A stretch of 62,678 bases of DNA, filler included, from Pirum gemmata (lineage: Eukaryota), in NCBI GenBank assembly GCA_002812295.1. It is 28 parts of 28 records of this genome, joined end to end, with 100 filler letters (N's around TTAATTAATTAA, not from the genome) between each part and the next. Parts side by side here need not be neighbours in the genome. Positions count along the whole stretch, not along the records: positions 12,198 to 14,106 come from PDIN01009797.1; positions 14,207 to 16,171 come from PDIN01009798.1; positions 16,272 to 18,236 come from PDIN01009799.1; positions 18,337 to 22,173 come from PDIN01009800.1; positions 22,274 to 24,218 come from PDIN01009801.1; positions 24,319 to 26,258 come from PDIN01009802.1; 22 more parts are not named here. One strand, written 5' to 3'. Below the pieces are notes generated by a model. The model had not been told where the DNA came from. It made no database searches and saw nothing but the letters and a program-made list of their open reading frames with translations. Within the stretch, counting starts at the first letter, position 1, and every line of letters begins with the position of its first letter. A program made the position numbers and the translations under genes. This document shows positions 12,607 to 24,370 of this stretch, piece after piece.

Positions 12607-13896
12607 GGTGTTATTATTATAATAGCCATTATAATTATTACTATAATTAGAACTATTATAGCTATTATCATGATTATTAGTGATATTATAATTGGAATTA
12701 TTATTGGTAGTAGTACTAATAGTTTTTGTTACTGTTTGCACTGAATCGTTAGTACGAGTAACAATACGTTGAGTAACTGTTTGAGAGTAGCTAGGAGTTT
12801 GAACTGTATATTGATCATGACGGTGCTCTACTCTAAACTGACCTGAATTATTATTATAATATGGATGAACATTGTTATTAATTTGATTGTAATGTTGTTC
12901 TCTATTACCATAACCATGCTGTTGTTGGTGTTGGTGTTGGTGTTGGTGTTGGTGTTGGTGTTGGTGTTGGTGTTGGTGTTGGTGTTGGTGTTGGCCATGT
13001 TGTTGGTATTGGTGATGCTGCTGTCGTTGTTGATATTGTTGTTGATATTGTTGTTGCAACAAAGGTACTGAATCATGTACATTGTATTCTATATTACTAT
13101 TACTATTACTATTACGTCTACAATTTATATAGTTATTATTATTGTTATTATTATTGTTGTTGTAATAATATTGGTTGTGGTTGCTATTTCCTGCATAATC
13201 TGATTGATGACTGTACCTAGACATGGTGATGCCATCTTTAGTATAACTGTTATAACTATTGGAATGAGAAAATTGAGAATTGTCATGTGGATTTATATTA
13301 GTACTTGAGTCTTGATACTCGAAGGTATCTAAATTGATTACCTCCGCTTCTTCATCATCATTACCATTTTCTACTACTTTACTATCAGTACCACTATCCT
13401 TATTATCACTCCCATTACCATCATTATCATTACTTTTCTCGTTATCATTTGGGTTATTATTACCACCACCTTCACCACTACCATCATTACCACCACTACC
13501 ATCATTACCACCACTACCATCATTACCACCACTACCATCATTGCCACCACTACCATCATTGCCACCACTACCATTATTACCACCACTACCGTCATTACCA
13601 CCACTGTTATTGTTATTGTTATTGTTATTTTTACCATCATCATCGTTATCATCATCCTTTTTTTCTGAATCATTTTTATCTTCTTTATCCTGAGCTTTAT
13701 CTTTATCTTTATCGTCGTTGTCATTGTCGTCGTTGTCTACTTTTTTATCGTCCTTTTCATTGTTACTGTTATTATTATTATTTGCAACATTTTCTTTGTC
13801 GTTACCATTATTATCAACCTCCATTTCTTCTCCTTTATCTTTGTTTTCGTTCACCTCTTCTGTTTTCTTCTCAGCATCGTTGCTTTCTTTTGGCGA
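12198..13896 (-). CDS. Large exon of a low-complexity, intrinsically disordered N/D/G/Q/H-rich protein (truncated)
   Basis: Stop-free >560 codons with GGNDGS and QH repeats. CAG acceptor at 13897-13899 on the minus strand. Runs into the N gap. No recognisable domain. Confidence 0.65.
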
Positions 13897-13969
13897 CTGA
13901 ATTAATAATTGATTAAAAGTAAAAATAACAAGATTAACATTAGCAAGTAAAGAGACAACAAAATAACCA

Positions 13970-14106
13970 TTAACCCTTTACCCCTTACTACCCTTACCCC
14001 TTTACCCTAACCCTAACCCTTTACCTTGTACCCCTTTACCCTAATCCTAACCCTTTACCTTTTACCCCTTTACCCTAATCCTAACCCTAACCCTAACCCT
14101 AACCCT
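13970..14106. repeat. Telomere-like (CCCTAA)n array, degenerate to pure, probably intronic
   Basis: Directly visible repeats, lying upstream (minus-strand sense) of the acceptor at 13897. Confidence 0.85.
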
Positions 14107-14499
14107 NNNNNNNNNNNNNNNNNNNNNNNNNNNNNNNNNNNNNNNNNNNNTTAATTAATTAANNNNNNNNNNNNNNNNNNNNNNNNNNNNNNNNNNNNNN
14201 NNNNNNATAATATATAATAGTAATAATAATAATAATAATGTTCCCATTAATTGAATGTCAAATCAACTACAGGCTCTCCCCCACCAATAATTCCAGAATT
14301 AACTGAAACTAAAGAGTCGTATAAAAACTTACTTCTAATACTCCAAATACTTCTATAATAATATAATCATTACTAACTTAACAAAACAAGTATGTAAATT
14401 AACTAAATCCTTATTTTAATTAACTATACTTTTTCTCTTTTTTTAAACAATTTTTTGATTTCATCCTTATTATACATACATCTAAACAATAACACACTT

Positions 14500-16132
14500 C
14501 TGTTTTCATCCAAACCCGAATTCAAATTGAAAATACCAATTAGAAATTTCTCACTTATATAGTTCACAGCTAATTAAAATATGACAATTATCTTCAGTAG
14601 AAGTCAAGTTATCATCATCATTATCATCATCATCATCGTCGTCATTATTATTATTATTATTATTATTGCTAACATCAATATTACAACAGCTACAATTTTT
14701 AGAAACTAAACTATCTCTAAGCCTACCTCTTTCTCCATTGAGACCACTAGTGTTGCTTAATAATTTAAATTTTAAACGTGAAATATTATTAATGACAATT
14801 AAGTCAGGGTTAATATAAAACTTCTTATCTATCTTCCTACTATTAACTCTCTAATATAAATCACATTTACTCTTGGAATTTATATCTGCCATAAAATCTC
14901 TAAACTCTTTTCTATTAACTCGTTTTCTTACTTCACAATTCCACTTATTTATATTAATATCACCAGAGACTAGGTTGTTAAAATACTGAATAAGTTTACA
15001 CTCTTTAATACATTTATTAGTAAACGATTTCCATGTTCTTCTATGAAAACCATATCTGGGATCGAAATCAATTACTTTACTAATAATATTAGCATTTTTG
15101 TGAATAATAACATTGTCAAACCATTTGAGTCTTAATTTTATCAATTGATATTCCAACTTTACTATACCCAACTCATTGCGAAATAAGAACTTGAAGTTGT
15201 ATCACTACAACGTTAACCCAATATCCATTTCATTATTAATACACATAATTGTAAACTCTCTAGCTTTTTAAGTTGTACCACATCACACCACCAAATTTCA
15301 CAATTATAAGTAATTATAGGCTTAATAATATTAATATTATTCCAGATAATTAACTTTGTCTTACTGTCAATTTTACTATGTCTAAAAATTAAAAACTTCC
15401 AATTATATATAATTTTAGTTGACACCTTATCTACTATATGATCAATATGACTATTCCATTTCCAGTAGTGATTAATCCATAATCCCAAATACTTATATTT
15501 GTCAACAAAAGGCAAACCGGAAAATTATCAGTATATTGCTGAATGAAATTATTTCTATCCTCATCTTTTTGAACAACTATCATAATACCACTTTTTTTAA
15601 AATTAATTTCAAGTCTCAATTTTTTACAAAATAAAAATAAACAACTAATGAGTTATCCAAATCACTATCATTAACAGCCACTAAGGCGATATCACCCGCA
15701 TATAATAAAAATCGAATAACAGAACATAATTCATCCTCAGATAAATCTTAAATTTGATAAACTATTAATATCATCAATTAATAAGCTATTAACAAAAATT
15801 TTAAATAAAGTAGGAGATATAATAAAACATCACCCTGTCTCACACCAATTATAATATCAAACATATTAACCCATAAACCTTCTCTCCATCAAAGGCTTTT
15901 TTCACATCAATAAAAGTTAAATAAGTAGGAATACCATTAGCTAAATTGTTCTCAATAATCTTATTTAATTAATTAAAAATAACAAGTGGCCCACACAGTC
16001 TTTCCCACTTCTAAATCCCCCTTGTTCATTATTAATAATTTTGTTAGTATCCAGAAATTCGGTTAACCGCTTTTCAGTTAAACAACCCAATAACTTGTAC
16101 ATAACACTAAGTAAAGTTATACCCCTAAAATT
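14500..16132 (-). pseudogene. Decayed non-LTR retrotransposon (LINE) reverse transcriptase plus C-terminal Cys/His region
   Basis: Minus-strand fragments in order: FRGITLLSVMYK, QGGFR, FIDVKKAFD, GVRQG, SPTLFKIFVN, LYAGD (degenerate YADD), LEINFKKS, KYKYLG, then CSCC...HILISC. Many frameshifts and stops. Confidence 0.9.
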
Positions 16133-16488
16133 ACAATAATAATAATAATATAGTAATAATAATAATAATAANNNNNNNNNNNNNNNNNNNNNNNNNNNNN
16201 NNNNNNNNNNNNNNNTTAATTAATTAANNNNNNNNNNNNNNNNNNNNNNNNNNNNNNNNNNNNNNNNNNNNAAAATAATAATACTAATAATAAATAATAA
16301 TAATACTAACAATAAATTATAATAATAATAAATAAAAATAATAAGAATAATAATACACAAGAAAGATAAGAAATAATGATGATAAAGACAAAGAAAAAGA
16401 GTTGAGAAAAAGAGTAGGGATAAGGAATAATAAAATAATAATAATAATGAAAAATGGTAAGGAAAATTTAGGAAAATATTATGTTATA

Positions 16489-16532
<44 letters not shown>

Positions 16533-16852
16533 TTTATTTTTTAATATGGCTTGATCGAATTATATTTAAAAAATATTACTTTTAATTATGAGTACACTGG
16601 TTCGATTCTTTTTCGACCAAGTTTCGAGCAAGGATAAGGCTACTAGCTAGCTAGCTAGCTAGGGTGCGAAAAAGACTGAAAAAGAAAAAAAACCGCTAAG
16701 TATAGAAGTATAGTCTATTATTAATCTATTATTATGATAATCTATTATTATTAATATCAATACTATTATTATGTTTACACCTTTCCAGTTGATCTTTTCA
16801 GTGTGAGAAATCCAAATCTGAGGTCAAAAAGTGTTACTTTTAAAAACTGTTT

Positions 16853-17033
16853 TATTGTGCTTTTTATTATTAAAAAAATATACAATAAAGAGTACCAAAT
16901 TAATATAATATAAATCCATTTCATTTAATTTGGTATATTTTATTATTTATTTATTCAGTTTAAAATGTCGTTTTAAATATTATAACCAGCCAAATAAATA
17001 TTCGGAGTGACAAAATAAATGAAAAGCACAATA
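16853..17033. mobile_element. MITE-like copy of the 150-bp dispersed repeat, with 12-bp inverted ends
   Basis: TATTGTGCTTTT...AAAAGCACAATA termini; the interior matches 5788-5938 and 55027-55173. Confidence 0.5.
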
Positions 17034-17170
17034 GTCAACTCAACCCAGTCAGTAGTCTATCTGAGAAGATCTGAAAATAGCTGAGAATAGTCTATAGTCT
17101 AGCTAGTCTAGCTAGAGGTCTAGCTAGTCTAGCTAGAGGTCTAGCTAGACCCCTAGCTAGCTAGCTTAGA

Positions 17171-17464
17171 GGGAGCGTTCAATAATTACGTAACGCTGGG
17201 GAGTAGGTAGGGGGGGTCGGATTTTTGTGACAGGCCGTGACGCAGTAGGGGGGTAGGTTTTCGTAATATGACATAACGCAAAAAAAAATTATACCCCTAT
17301 ATATATATATATATAACATGAGGGGTAATTTAGGGCACTATTTTTCAAAATCGTTACGTCATAAGGGGTAGGTAGTCCTTCTCAAACGTGATAGGCCGTT
17401 ACACAGGGGTAGTAGGGTAGGTTTTTGTCCCAAATCGGCGTTACGTAATTATTGAACGCTTCCC
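17171..17464. mobile_element. MITE (PIF/Harbinger-like) with ~26-bp terminal inverted repeats
   Basis: GGGAGCGTTCAATAATTACGTAACGC...GCGTTACGTAATTATTGAACGCTTCCC. Non-coding interior with GGGTAGG motifs. Related termini at 37650 and 60142. Confidence 0.8.
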
Positions 17465-17691
17465 TAGCTAGCTATATAGGTAGGAAAAATATGAATAATT
17501 TTGCTTTATTTATAAATAGTCAAAATATTATAATAGACTAAGTAAATTTTGTTTATAGTCTACCAAAAAGGAAGACTAGCTAGCTAGTAGCTAGAGCTAT
17601 CAGATAACACTATCACTAGCTAGCTAGCTAGTAGTATCTGGCTGCTCTTACTGGTATCATAATATTATGATACTCCTTTCTATGGGGGGTT

Positions 17692-17833
17692 TGGGTTAGG
17701 GTTAGGGTTAGACTAGGGTTAGGGTTTTAGGGTTAGGGTTAGGGTTAGGGTTAGGGTTAGGGTTAGGGTTAGGGGTTAGACTAGGATTAGGGTTAGGGGT
17801 AGGATTATAGGGCCCTACCCTAACCCTAACCCT
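17692..17833. repeat. Interstitial telomere-like array: (TTAGGG)n followed by inverted (CCCTAA)n
   Basis: Directly visible; orientation switches at TAGGGCCCTA (~17808-17817). Confidence 0.85.
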
Positions 17834-18413
17834 TGATTGGGTTACCGCAATCGTTGCCGCGCTATTTCCATATTTGGTATTTTTTCCAGTTCACTACCTA
17901 GCTAGCTCTAGCTATAGCTACTGGGTATGATACCTAGCTAGCTAGCTAGCTAGCCTAGCTATCAATAGCTATCGCTAGCTAGTAGCTATAGAGTAGCTAC
18001 CCAACATACACAACAATGTCATAATATTATAATATTATTATCATAACTTTTAATTAAAGGCGAAAAAAAACTCGTAAATGTTAAAAATTTCGAAACAACT
18101 AAAAGTAATATGTATCATATCATAGTAATATAACTTCAAGATCGAAAAAATCCCTCACGACTTTTTTTAGATTTTTTTAGTATTTTATTTTATTTTATTT
18201 ATTTATTTATTTTTTTTTTTTTTTCTTTTTTTTTTTNNNNNNNNNNNNNNNNNNNNNNNNNNNNNNNNNNNNNNNNNNNNTTAATTAATTAANNNNNNNN
18301 NNNNNNNNNNNNNNNNNNNNNNNNNNNNNNNNNNNNGATAAGTGAGTTTAATATTTTTTATTGTTGTTGTTATTGTTATTATTATTATTATTATTATTAT
18401 ATTATTATAATAG

Positions 18414-18702
18414 CCACTAAATTAAGGTTACCAAAGCCAATGCCACCAAAGTTGCCCGAACGGCAAAATTTGCATCTTCCTGGTTTTTTAAAATTTACTT
18501 CACCTATGAATTATCGAAGTAAAAGTAACAGCTGTAAAAATAATGAAACTGTCTTGAACAATATCCAAGAAGGGACCACGGTTCATCGGCTAAGATCCAT
18601 TTCATCTGAGTTACCAAAAGCGCGCAAGGTAAACCCTAACCCTAACCCGAACCATAACCCTAACCCTATAACCCCAACCCCAACTCCAACCCAAACCCCA
18701 AT

Positions 18703-18739
<37 letters not shown>

Positions 18740-19119
18740 GGTTTTCATGGCAAGCGTATAATATTTGACATTAAACTAAATTTCAATCAAGTGTCGATCA
18801 AGCCACCGGGGTTTAAAAAAGTCATACTGAAAACAAACTTAAAAAGAATTTTTCTTTATATATATAGGAGTTAAAGTGATTTTATTTGATGAAAAAGAAA
18901 CTTAAATATTTTTTCTTTATGTATATAAATATATGTATGTGAATAGGTAAGATATAAAAGACCACGATATAAAACTTGCTATTTACAAGAACAGCATTAT
19001 AATGATTTAGACACCAAAAATGAAAATTGTCATCAATGTTATGAAGAATTTCTGCAGAGCAATAATACGAACATAATNAGTTTTTATTCATATTTTTTAA
19101 AAATCAATATTATCCAGTA
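18414..19119 (+). CDS. Possible 3' exons (18414-18628, 18947-19119) of an unknown protein
   Basis: Higher-complexity open frames bounded by TAG/GT sites with compatible phase; no domain recognised. Confidence 0.3.
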
Positions 19120-19507
19120 ATGAATATTAATTAACAACATAAAATATTTATCCCTTTTAATTGGCTCTACCCTTTTTTTTTAGTTTTTTAAATTTTTTTT
19201 TTCGAAAATCTTCCGATATCGGAAGTTTTTTTAGGTTGGGGTTAAAAGCTCTTCCGAATCCGAGCCCGTTTCGGATCCGTCCGCGATCCGACAGCCTTTC
19301 ACAGATGCGGCCGAACCTAAACTCCGACTCGATCGACCCGGCCCCCCTCGAACCCCTATTTTTTCCGACCCCCGGTCGGAATGAACATCTCTCTGAAGCT
19401 ATCATAGAACTAATAGAAAGTAGAAACCCCTACTAGACTAGCTAGCTAGCTAGCTAGAAACCCAAACCCAACATTTTTTTTTAACAGCCAAGCCAGATTC
19501 TTCTCAC

Positions 19508-19650
19508 CTAGCCAAATTATTTTTAAAAACTGGCCATTGGTAGCTCTATTGGTTCATAATAATAGAATTAAATTAGTTAAACGGTTCTCAAATTTTGGTA
19601 GTACTTTCATTTTTTAAATTAGAGCATTTTAAGATTTTGGATTTTTGAGC
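19508..19650. repeat. Dispersed ~140-bp repeat; also at 39943-40058 (reverse) and 49724-49850
   Basis: Shared AGCCAAATTATTTTTAAAAACT-GCCATTGG...TTAGTTA-ACGG...AGTACTTT...CATTTT-AGATTTT. Confidence 0.75.
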
Positions 19651-20135
19651 TTATATGGCGGATGTTAAAAAAAATGGTGCCAAAACTAAACCACTTATAT
19701 CATTTTGTTATTAGACTATCAGTGATAAATCGTTCTAGTGCGACGTAGGTAGGCTATAAAAGAGAAAATCTGATCTATCGTACTACTTTGGGAGGGATCT
19801 TCTTCTTCAAGGATAGGATAGCAGTACTAGGATAGCCCCATTTTTGAAATTTTGAGCTTATTAAAAAATTTGATTCGACATAGACTAGAGGGTCTATTCG
19901 ATCATTCGTAGTAATTTCGTGCCGCTTTTGAAAAAAGTTAGATGGCGAAAATATGGCGAAGATTCTTTATATTTATGGGGGGACTGTTTAATTAACAGTA
20001 GAGTATAATTAGTGTAGGTGGTTAAAATTATGGATAAGTAGGTTTAAGGCTACAGAAAGGAATACGTTTTTGTTGAACGTCCCAGGGTGGCAGGTTAGCA
20101 CTTAGCACAAGTTAGCAGATAGGGTTAGGGACCTT

Positions 20136-20214
20136 AGGGTTAGGGTTAGGGTTAGGGTTAGGGTTAGGGTTAGGGTTAGGGTTAGGGTTAGGGTTAGGGT
20201 TAGGGTTAGGGTTA
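20136..20214. repeat. (TTAGGG)n array ending at an N gap
   Basis: Directly visible. Confidence 0.9.
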
Positions 20215-20402
20215 NNNNNNNNNNTAATAATAATAATAATAATGTTGCACTTATATATTTCTTTATTTGGAAAAATTACTTGTAATAAAAAACTAATAAA
20301 AAATCAGTACTTAATTAATTCCTCTTTCATCGGCCATGAATCCACGTAAATCTTTACCAAAGAAAGTCGCTAGACCTTTTCCAACTGTTTAGAACTATTC
20401 TA

Positions 20403-20434
<32 letters not shown>

Positions 20435-22349
20435 TTACGCCAAAAGGTTGAAAGGAAATGGCTATTACCTGTACCTATCAACGTACGTTTAGAGATTGTA
20501 GACCCTTTGTTCTTTAATTTCAATTTCTCATATGCTTGTCTGTTAACATTGAAAGCATAAAACGTGTTCCAGACGTCTGAAACTCCTGGTATTAATATCC
20601 TACTTTTCAAAAACATCATAACTATTTACTGTTGCGTTCAACAGTGCCACTAGATCCTTCTGTTGTGGAGTCATTGTTTGATCAGAGCAAGTAAAAACAG
20701 TCATGATTTCAGTACACTACACAAGTCAATAATAAAAAAATATGATGACAAATATGATGACAAATAAATTATAAATATAATGATAAATTATTAATGATAA
20801 GTTGATAATCAGATAATAAATTATAAATATAACGAATGACAAAGCACTAATTATTTTCTTTTGACTTGCAGAGATTAATGAGTAAATTTAAAATAGAGAA
20901 GACTATTTCATTTAATTAATTAATAAGAAAATATGAATAATATAAGTAATTAATTAAAACTATATTCTGAATTTGTATCAGATAAGCTTTTCTTTTAGTT
21001 TGTGTTATTAATAATGATAAAATTAATAATCACAATCAGAATGAATATAAAGATTTTTTTTTTTATTGACCCTAACCCTAACCCTAACCCTAACCCTAAC
21101 CCATAACCCTAAACCTAAACCTAACCCTAACCCTAATAATCCTAACAGTACCCTAACCCTAACCCTATTATAGTTAAACCCTATCGATAACTGGTAACCC
21201 TAACCCTAACCCCCTAACCCCTGCCTAACTCCTGCCTAACCCTAACCCCCTAAAAAAAAATTTTTTTTAAACCCCAAACTAAATTTTATTAGTCAGCCCA
21301 AGAAATTTTTCAAAAAACTTCCGATAGTCTATCGGAAGTTTTTTGGAGAAAATAATTCGAAGTAGTCTATCAAGAAAAAAAAAAAAATGAAGAATAAAAA
21401 ACCCATAAAATAAAAACCAAAGAAATAAATAGAATAAAAACAGTGTTTTATGTTTATACTACAATTAGTTTGTTAATAACTGAATGCACTAATAACTGTG
21501 CTACTTTAAAAACTAATGACCCTCTTGATTACGTCATATAAACTATGACGCAATATTTACATCATAATGTATAGTCTATTTGAAATAGAAAAAAAATGAA
21601 AATGTTTTATTTTTAAATTGAAAATTTCATTCTGCCTTACGTTTCCACTACTTAGAGCTATGCTTATATACCATTGCTATGGGCTTGGTACCAACAACTA
21701 TTTTTATAATATTTCCCACCATACTGAAATNAATATTACATCATAATGTATAGTCTATTTGAAATAGAAAAAAAATGAAAATGTTTTATTTTTATTTTGT
21801 TAATTAAAATTGAAAATTTCATTCTGCCTTACGTTTCCACTACTTAGAGCTATGCTTATATACCATTGCTATGGGCTTGGTACCAACAACTATTTTTATA
21901 ATATTTCCCACCATACTGAAATATATCGGGAACTGAAGGTTTTTCAATTATGGCACCAGGGTCCATTCGTTTTTGGTTTTCATAAGCATGAAGTAAATGA
22001 GGTTGTACACATCTTGCATATGGAATCGTTGATGACATATAGCAAATAAAGCATGATTGTACCAGGTGTTGTGCTTTTATGACAATAAGAGCATTGTGAT
22101 TTTGACTTATTATTGATATAGTTGTTGGGTTCTTTCTCAGCACAACTAAGCATGGGCACTCCCATACAGTTTTNNNNNNNNNNNNNNNNNNNNNNNNNNN
22201 NNNNNNNNNNNNNNNNNTTAATTAATTAANNNNNNNNNNNNNNNNNNNNNNNNNNNNNNNNNNNNNNNNNNNNTATTATTATATTATTTTTATTGGTATT
22301 ATTAAAAGAAAGAAAAATCCATTTTTGTATTAAATACACTACGAAAGTT

Positions 22350-24011
22350 TTATGCCTCAACATTTTTTTGACGGTTTTCAAAAAGCGCAGGTATGTCCTC
22401 CAGATCAACACCTTTTGTTTCTTTAATAAAAAACAAAACAAAGAAGAACCCGATAAAATTTAAACCACAAAATATCAACAAAGCCGCACCAATGTTCCAT
22501 GAAGTCATAAATGGAGTAATAACAATAATAATAGCATTGGCTAAATATTGTGTAAATACTGCGATACTCATGGCTTTTTCTTTGTATTGCATTTCAAATA
22601 TTTCGGAAGTATAAACCCAGCAAATTGGACCCCAGCCTATTTGAAAACCAAACGCGTATAAGCAAACAAAAACCATGGATAAATTGCCAGGACCATAACA
22701 CAATAGATTCACTCCCACTACTAGTAACGCAGGAGCCATAAACATAGAGCCAATCAAAAGTTGACTTTTCCTACCACACCACCACCAAGAACGATCCATT
22801 AAAAATAAACCAATGATCACACCTACGAGCATAACTGCATTAAAGATCACATTGAAAGTTAAAGGATCAGTAATACCAATTTGTTGAAAAAGAGTGTTTG
22901 CGTAACCTAAAAACACGTTAACACCTGTAAGTTGTTGGCAGCATTGTAAGACACTCGCAATAACTACCCGTTTCCAGACATTCTTATTAAGAAACAGACC
23001 AGTGTACGTTACATCAGGCAGGTTCCTTTCTTCTTCAATGGATTTCTCTATAGCAGTAGCCTCTTGAGAAATATCACCTTTTCTTATTGTTCGCAAAGCT
23101 GTTTCTGCTTCAGCAATAGTTTTCTTTTTAATTAAAAACCGAGGACTTTCTGGGCAAAACCATATACCAATGCATAAAAAGAAAGCCGGGAAGGCTGGAA
23201 GCATGATGCCAACTTGCCAATTAAACATATACAAGGTAATGATCGTCGAAATAAATGATCCTAACACGACATTAAATTGAAACAAAGAGCCAGTAGCTCC
23301 CCGAATGTTTGCTGGTGATAATTCTGCAGAGTACATGGGTAGAGCATAACAAGCCACGCCTACACCAAAACCAGTAATGAATCTTCCTACGAAAAAAACG
23401 GCCGTAATGCCGAAGGAAAGGAAAGCCGCAACAACACAACCAACGATGGTGATAAAAGCACCGACTGCAATACACCAGCGTCTTCCCAAATTGGGTGCAA
23501 TTACGGGTCCAAGCAAAAGAGCGCCAAAAGCCGAACCAAAAGTTATGAGTGCAGCCCCCCAGAGTACAAAATTGTACTGCCAATCCTCATTTTCAACCGC
23601 ACCTTTGCCATAACAAGAAGTTTCATCTCCGTATTTTCCCAGACAAAAGTTGGTTTGGAAATCATGAAAACCTTGCACGTTACCGAAATTCCCTTGGTCA
23701 ATACCAAACATAGCTGCACCGATGCACGAGAAAAGAATGACAACGTAAGTCATAAAATTTGCCTGAGGAGCAACTTCGTCGCTTTCTTCTTCCATTAAAG
23801 TGAGGGCCAGTTTTAAGTCTTCATCCTTGGAGAGTTCGAAATCATTTATTTTTTGTTCTTCCTTTTTAAGTGTGAAGTGCTCATTGGGGGAGACCTCTGG
23901 GATATCTGTGTTGAGTTGAATACTTTGAAAAACTTGAAAAGGACCAGAGTTACTTTCCAGAAAGTCTTTACTATCCTTTTTTTCTTCTACGTATACAACA
24001 TTTTGCGCCAT
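22350..24011 (-). CDS. MFS sugar porter family transporter (hexose transporter-like), intronless
   Basis: Motifs MFGIDQG, LGRR, GRFITGFGVG, PMYSAELSPANIRG, PESPRFL, QQLTGVN, GWGPICWVYTSEIF and ETKG. Confidence 0.95.
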   Translation of the reverse strand: MAQNVVYVEEKKDSKDFLESNSGPFQVFQSIQLNTDIPEVSPNEHFTLKKEEQKINDFELSKDEDLKLALTLMEEESDEVAPQANFMTYVVILFSCIGAAMFGIDQGNFGNVQGFHDFQTNFCLGKYGDETSCYGKGAVENEDWQYNFVLWGAALITFGSAFGALLLGPVIAPNLGRRWCIAVGAFITIVGCVVAAFLSFGITAVFFVGRFITGFGVGVACYALPMYSAELSPANIRGATGSLFQFNVVLGSFISTIITLYMFNWQVGIMLPAFPAFFLCIGIWFCPESPRFLIKKKTIAEAETALRTIRKGDISQEATAIEKSIEEERNLPDVTYTGLFLNKNVWKRVVIASVLQCCQQLTGVNVFLGYANTLFQQIGITDPLTFNVIFNAVMLVGVIIGLFLMDRSWWWCGRKSQLLIGSMFMAPALLVVGVNLLCYGPGNLSMVFVCLYAFGFQIGWGPICWVYTSEIFEMQYKEKAMSIAVFTQYLANAIIIVITPFMTSWNIGAALLIFCGLNFIGFFFVLFFIKETKGVDLEDIPALFENRQKNVEA

Positions 24012-24370
24012 TTTTTATTATTTTGTTTTTGCTTTTTTTTTAAAAAAAATTTTGTTTTTGTGTGTTGTGTTTTTTTTTTTTTTTTTTAATTTATTATTAT
24101 TTTTTTTTTTTTTTTAAAAAATTTTTTTTTTTTTTTTGTTTTGTTTTTTTTTTTTTTTTTCTAATTTATTAATATATTTTTTAATTTTTGTATAATTCTG
24201 TTATTATTTATACTTTACNNNNNNNNNNNNNNNNNNNNNNNNNNNNNNNNNNNNNNNNNNNNTTAATTAATTAANNNNNNNNNNNNNNNNNNNNNNNNNN
24301 NNNNNNNNNNNNNNNNNNATAATAATAATAATAGTAATAATAATATTAATAATAATAATAAAACAATTAC

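Noticed and set aside
21553..21921. ~180-bp tandem duplication
   Set aside because: The copies are nearly identical and joined at a single N, so this is most likely an unmerged scaffold overlap or two alleles.
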